Positions 60,811-64,000 of a stretch of 64,000 bases of DNA are shown here, one piece after another. A program made the translations under genes and the position numbers. The notes under the pieces are model-generated. The model saw only the letters and a program-made list of their open reading frames with translations. It had not been told where the DNA came from and did no database searches. Numbering within the stretch: position 1 is the first letter of the stretch; the number at the start of each line of letters is the position of its first letter. Source of the stretch: Acidimicrobiales bacterium (GTDB lineage: Bacteria; Actinomycetota; Acidimicrobiia; Acidimicrobiales; Aldehydirespiratoraceae); NCBI GenBank assembly GCA_041687805.1, contig JBDNJK010000031.1:22379-86378 (forward strand). The letters run 5' to 3'.

Positions 60811-61700
60811 TCGACGCACCACTCGGCCTGGCGTTCGCGGCGGGGCTTGTCGCCACGGTTAACCCATGCGGATTCGCGATGCTGCCCGCCTACTTGTCAT
60901 ATTTCATGGGACTTGAGGGCGCCGAGGACGACGAGAAGACAGGCGCCGGAATCGGGCAGGCGCTCAAGGTCGGAGCGATCGTGTCGCTCGGATTCTTGTT
61001 TGTATTCGGCACCACCGGCCTGCTGATCAATGCCGGAGTGAGATCGATCATCGATTGGATCCCCTACGTCGCTCTCGGAATCGGCGTGCTCATGTTGATC
61101 CTCGGTATCGCGATGTTCCGCGGCTACCAGCTTTCGATCGGGTTCCTCAAGGTGCAGGGTGGCACCGGCAGCAGAGACAACAAATCTGTCTTCACCTTCG
61201 GGGTTTCATATGCCTTGGCTTCGTTGTCATGCACCCTGCCGGTGTTTTTGTCGGTGGTGGTTGGCTCGATCGCCAGCGCCAACTTCATCTCCGGCTTTCT
61301 CACCTACATCGCCTACGGGATGGGTATGTCGGTGCTGCTGATGGCGCTCACCTTGGCCGTGGCTTTCGCCAAGCAAGGGATAGTGGGACGGCTGCGGTCC
61401 ATGCTCAAGCATGTTCAAAGAGTGTCTGCCGGATTCCTGATAATTGCCGGCGTATACATCACTTGGTTCTGGGCCAACGACCTCTCGTCCGATGCCGGTG
61501 AGCAAGGTGCAGCAACCGGAGTCATAGACGGATGGTCGGCGTCGCTCACCAATTGGATGGGTGACCATTCCGGTTCGATCGGCGTGTCGCTTGGCGGATT
61601 GGTGGCCATCGCCATTCTCTCCTCGGTGCTGAAGAAGTTCGAACCACCCGAGGTTTCTGATCCAGCGCCAGCCACAGCTTCGCAATCGATTCCCGTCTAG
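60807..61700 (+). CDS. ccdA: Cytochrome c biogenesis protein CcdA / DsbD-family thiol-disulfide transporter
   Basis: NPCGFAMLP and ASLSCTLPV conserved Cys-containing helices. Start overlaps the TlpA stop by 4 nt. Confidence 0.85.
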   Translation: MIDAPLGLAFAAGLVATVNPCGFAMLPAYLSYFMGLEGAEDDEKTGAGIGQALKVGAIVSLGFLFVFGTTGLLINAGVRSIIDWIPYVALGIGVLMLILGIAMFRGYQLSIGFLKVQGGTGSRDNKSVFTFGVSYALASLSCTLPVFLSVVVGSIASANFISGFLTYIAYGMGMSVLLMALTLAVAFAKQGIVGRLRSMLKHVQRVSAGFLIIAGVYITWFWANDLSSDAGEQGAATGVIDGWSASLTNWMGDHSGSIGVSLGGLVAIAILSSVLKKFEPPEVSDPAPATASQSIPV

Positions 61701-61714
61701 AAACGGAAACACTC

Positions 61715-63046
61715 ATGACCCCCAAACGTCTCACCGCCCTGGTAGTCGGGCTGTCTGTAACCGCCGTTGCGTGCGGCGGCGGAGCGGCCCTCGATGCAAC
61801 GAGCTCCACCACCACGCCAAGCAGCTCAGCGGCCGCCGATTCCGAGGCAGTCGCCGATTCAGGCGATGCCACAGAGATCGAATTGTTCTCACCCACCGAA
61901 ACCGATCGACCCCTCGACCTGTCCGGAGGTGTGACCAGCAGTTCCGAAGGCGTCACCATCGTGACCGAGACCCCGCGTGATCAGCTTCGGCGCGACGTCC
62001 TACTCGCCACCGGATTCTTCCCCACCGACTGGACTCGTCAGACGGTCGATCCGGGAGAAATTCTTCTCGGCATTCAGTCCGAAGATCCCCGTGATCGGAT
62101 CCCGCCGATCGACACTCCTAAGTTTGAGCCACTCTCGTCTGCCTCCTGGCTCAGCGAACGCGAACCCGGCGCTCTTGTGCAATTCAATGGCGACGTTCGC
62201 TTCTACCCATTGTCGATACTTACCCGTCACGAGATCGTGAACGACCGGTTCGGCGACGTTCCTGTCGTCACCACGTTCTGCCCGCTGTGCAATACCGCCA
62301 TCACATTCGATGCGAGAGTCGATGGCCAAGCACTGCGCTTTGGCGTGTCGGGTCTACTGCGCAAGAGCGATTTGGTGATGTGGGACGAAGCAACCACGTC
62401 GCTATGGCAACAGATCACCGGAGAAGCAGTCGTCGGTGAGTTCGCCGGTACCCAGCTGGAACTGATTCCCACTTCCATCGTCTCCTACGGTGACGCTCTC
62501 AAAAACTTCCCCGATGCGGTGTCGCTTTCACGTGACACGGGTTTCAACATTGCCTACGGCTCCAACCCATACGTGGGATACAGCTCCAGCGACAGGCCAT
62601 TTCTCTTCGATGGCGACACCAACGACCGGTTCCCCGCTCTCTCGCGGGTGGTGGGCGTGAGCTTGGAGAATACCGACAGGGCCTATCCGTTCAGCCTGAT
62701 CAGCGAGGAGAGGGCAGTAAACGATGAGCTGGACGGAATCCCGATCGCCGTGTTGTGGGGCGGCGACACCGCCGACGCACTCGACTCAGGAGCAATCGCC
62801 GACAGCCAATCCATCGGCACCGGCATCGCGTTCAGCCGCGAGCTCAACGGCGACGTGCTGACCTTCTCGAGCCTCGGTGATGATCTGTTCACCGACGCCG
62901 AGACCGGCACCACCTGGACTCTGCTCGGCCGAGCCATCGACGGACCACTCGCCGGCGAGCAGCTTCAGACTGTGCAGCATCGAAATGAATTCTGGTTCGC
63001 CTGGTCGAGCTTCTTCCCTGATGCCCCGGTGTACGGCGACGCCTGA
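61715..63046 (+). CDS. DUF3179 domain lipoprotein
   Basis: Lipobox LSVTAVAC. Ser/Thr/Ala-rich linker. Core with ...VVTTFCPLCNTAITFDARVDG...FGVSGLLRKSDLVMWD...QHRNEFWFAWSSFFPD..., as I recall for DUF3179. Confidence 0.7.
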   Translation: MTPKRLTALVVGLSVTAVACGGGAALDATSSTTTPSSSAAADSEAVADSGDATEIELFSPTETDRPLDLSGGVTSSSEGVTIVTETPRDQLRRDVLLATGFFPTDWTRQTVDPGEILLGIQSEDPRDRIPPIDTPKFEPLSSASWLSEREPGALVQFNGDVRFYPLSILTRHEIVNDRFGDVPVVTTFCPLCNTAITFDARVDGQALRFGVSGLLRKSDLVMWDEATTSLWQQITGEAVVGEFAGTQLELIPTSIVSYGDALKNFPDAVSLSRDTGFNIAYGSNPYVGYSSSDRPFLFDGDTNDRFPALSRVVGVSLENTDRAYPFSLISEERAVNDELDGIPIAVLWGGDTADALDSGAIADSQSIGTGIAFSRELNGDVLTFSSLGDDLFTDAETGTTWTLLGRAIDGPLAGEQLQTVQHRNEFWFAWSSFFPDAPVYGDA

Positions 63047-63138
63047 CAAATCCCATGGCGATCCGGTCGGTGACAACCGGAAGCACAGCCCTACACTTCA
63101 TCCGTCCGGAAATTCGCTATGCGAATGCTCTCGGACGG

Positions 63139-63213
63139 GCCCCCGTAGCTCAGGGGATAGAGCATCGGTTTCCTAAACCGTGTGCGGCAGTTCGAGTCTG
63201 CCCGGGGGCACCA
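63139..63213 (+). tRNA. tRNA-Arg (anticodon CCT), CCA encoded
   Basis: Manual fold: GCCCCCG-TA-GCTC-AGGGGATA-GAGC-A-TCGGT-TTCCTAA-ACCGT-GTGC-GGCAG-TTCGAGT-CTGCC-CGGGGGC-A-CCA. Confidence 0.9.
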
Positions 63214-63320
63214 CAAAACACCAGCTCAGAGGGCATGCTCTCCGAAAGAAGATCCTCGGAGTTGCCCATCCAGAGGTGAAATTGCCCATCCAATTGCCGA
63301 ATCGTGGCATGCTGGAGCCC

Positions 63321-64000
63321 ATGGCCGGGTCGATTCGCAAGCGTGGTGAACGAAGCTGGGAGCTTCGGGTCTACGCGGGCCGCAGCGACAAGACCGGCAA
63401 GAAGCAATACGTGTCTCGCACGGTGAAGGGCTCTCGGCGTGATGCCGAGAAGCAGCTCGCTCGTTTGGTCACCCGGGTCGACGACGGGGTGATCACCGCC
63501 AACGCCGGCACAGTCGGTGAACTCGTGGAGCTGTGGTACAGCCGGGGTGAGCTCGAGTGGTCGCCGACCACGGCAGACGGGTACCGCTCGATCATCGACC
63601 GACGAATTCTTCCACGGTGGGGTGACCTACCGCTGCGTCGGCTTCGCACCGCCGACCTCGATGCCTGGTACACCCAGCTTCGTCGCCAAGGTGGCAAGGG
63701 CGGGCGACCGTTGGCCCCGAACTCGGTGAAGCGGATCCATGCTGTTCTGCGCACCGCTCTTGCCCAGGCTGTGAGGTGGGGATGGATCGCCACCAATCCG
63801 GCCGCCGTCTCCACTCCGCCCCAACCGAAGGGTCGGCCAAGACACACGATCCCCTCATCCGACGATGTCGGCCGGCTGGTGGCCGAGGCCCACAAGACGA
63901 ACCCACCGCTCGCGGTGTTTCTACGACTGGCCGCCGCCAGCGGCGCCCGCCGAGGAGAGTTGTGCGCGCTTCGATGGCGAGACATCGACCTAGAAGGTGC
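63321..64000 (+). CDS. int: Phage-type tyrosine integrase, N-terminal ~226 aa (runs off the right edge)
   Basis: Not in the track (no stop). Translation: MAGSIRKRGERSWELRVYAGRSDKTGKKQYVSRTVKGSRRDAEKQLARLV...WSPTTADGYRSIIDRRILPRWGDLPLRRLRTADLDAWY...LRLAAASGARRGELCALRWRDIDLEG. An in-frame ATG also lies at 63309. Confidence 0.88.
   Translation, partial: MAGSIRKRGERSWELRVYAGRSDKTGKKQYVSRTVKGSRRDAEKQLARLVTRVDDGVITANAGTVGELVELWYSRGELEWSPTTADGYRSIIDRRILPRWGDLPLRRLRTADLDAWYTQLRRQGGKGGRPLAPNSVKRIHAVLRTALAQAVRWGWIATNPAAVSTPPQPKGRPRHTIPSSDDVGRLVAEAHKTNPPLAVFLRLAAASGARRGELCALRWRDIDLEG

Larger units (their letters stand above)
63139..64000 (+). mobile_element. Probable left boundary of an integrated element at tRNA-Arg (tRNA 3' end + integrase)
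   Basis: Classic tRNA-then-integrase arrangement with a 107-nt gap. The rest of the element lies outside the window. Confidence 0.5.

Noticed and set aside
63371-63985. 204-aa minus-strand ORF at the right edge
   Set aside because: It is antisense to the clearly recognisable integrase reading frame.

Overview
GC-rich chromosomal segment whose gene content and protein signatures look like Actinomycetota, possibly Acidimicrobiia (inference only). Positions 1-26 kb, almost all on the minus strand, hold the translation/transcription core: tRNA-Thr, tRNA-Met, [ECF sigma/anti-sigma], tRNA-Trp, secE-nusG-rplK-rplA, rplJ-rplL, [Tyr phosphatase], rpoB-rpoC, rpsL-rpsG-fusA-tuf-rpsJ, [3 inserted genes], rplC-rplD-rplW-rplB-rpsS-rplV-rpsC. 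The bracketed items are synteny breaks. uL22 and uL10 carry long repeat-containing acidic C-terminal tails. Positions 29.6-49 kb are a dispersed mycofactocin (MFT) region. It starts with a small ORF missing from the track (52 aa, ending IDGMCGVY = mftA), followed by mftB and mftC at 46.3-47.9 kb. Separated from these is a 16-kb co-directional minus-strand array: small MT0933-like gene, two FadH/OYE flavoproteins, etfA, fixC, fixX, etfB, mftE, cupin, SDR, Zn-ADH, MoxR, vWA, a decayed ORF, mftF, and a beta-lactamase-fold hydrolase. Many of these genes are joined by 1-8 nt overlaps. mftD, mftR and mftG are not in the window. The OYE-ETF-FixCX block embedded in the MFT genes is my best candidate for an uncharacterised system, namely a route from reduced mycofactocin to the quinone pool. 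MFT itself is already described, and these neighbours are, to my recollection, already recognised as annotation families. Positions 49-63 kb carry mixed housekeeping and accessory genes: SDR, GNAT, tRNA-Tyr, a PilZ-type processive glycosyltransferase divergent from yajQ, htpX, HAD, acs, mscL, a PAS histidine kinase coupled to OsmC, a LuxR response regulator, and TlpA-CcdA-DUF3179. The window ends with tRNA-Arg(CCT) followed by a truncated tyrosine integrase, which is probably the left edge of an integrated element. I found no rRNA, CRISPR array or transposase.
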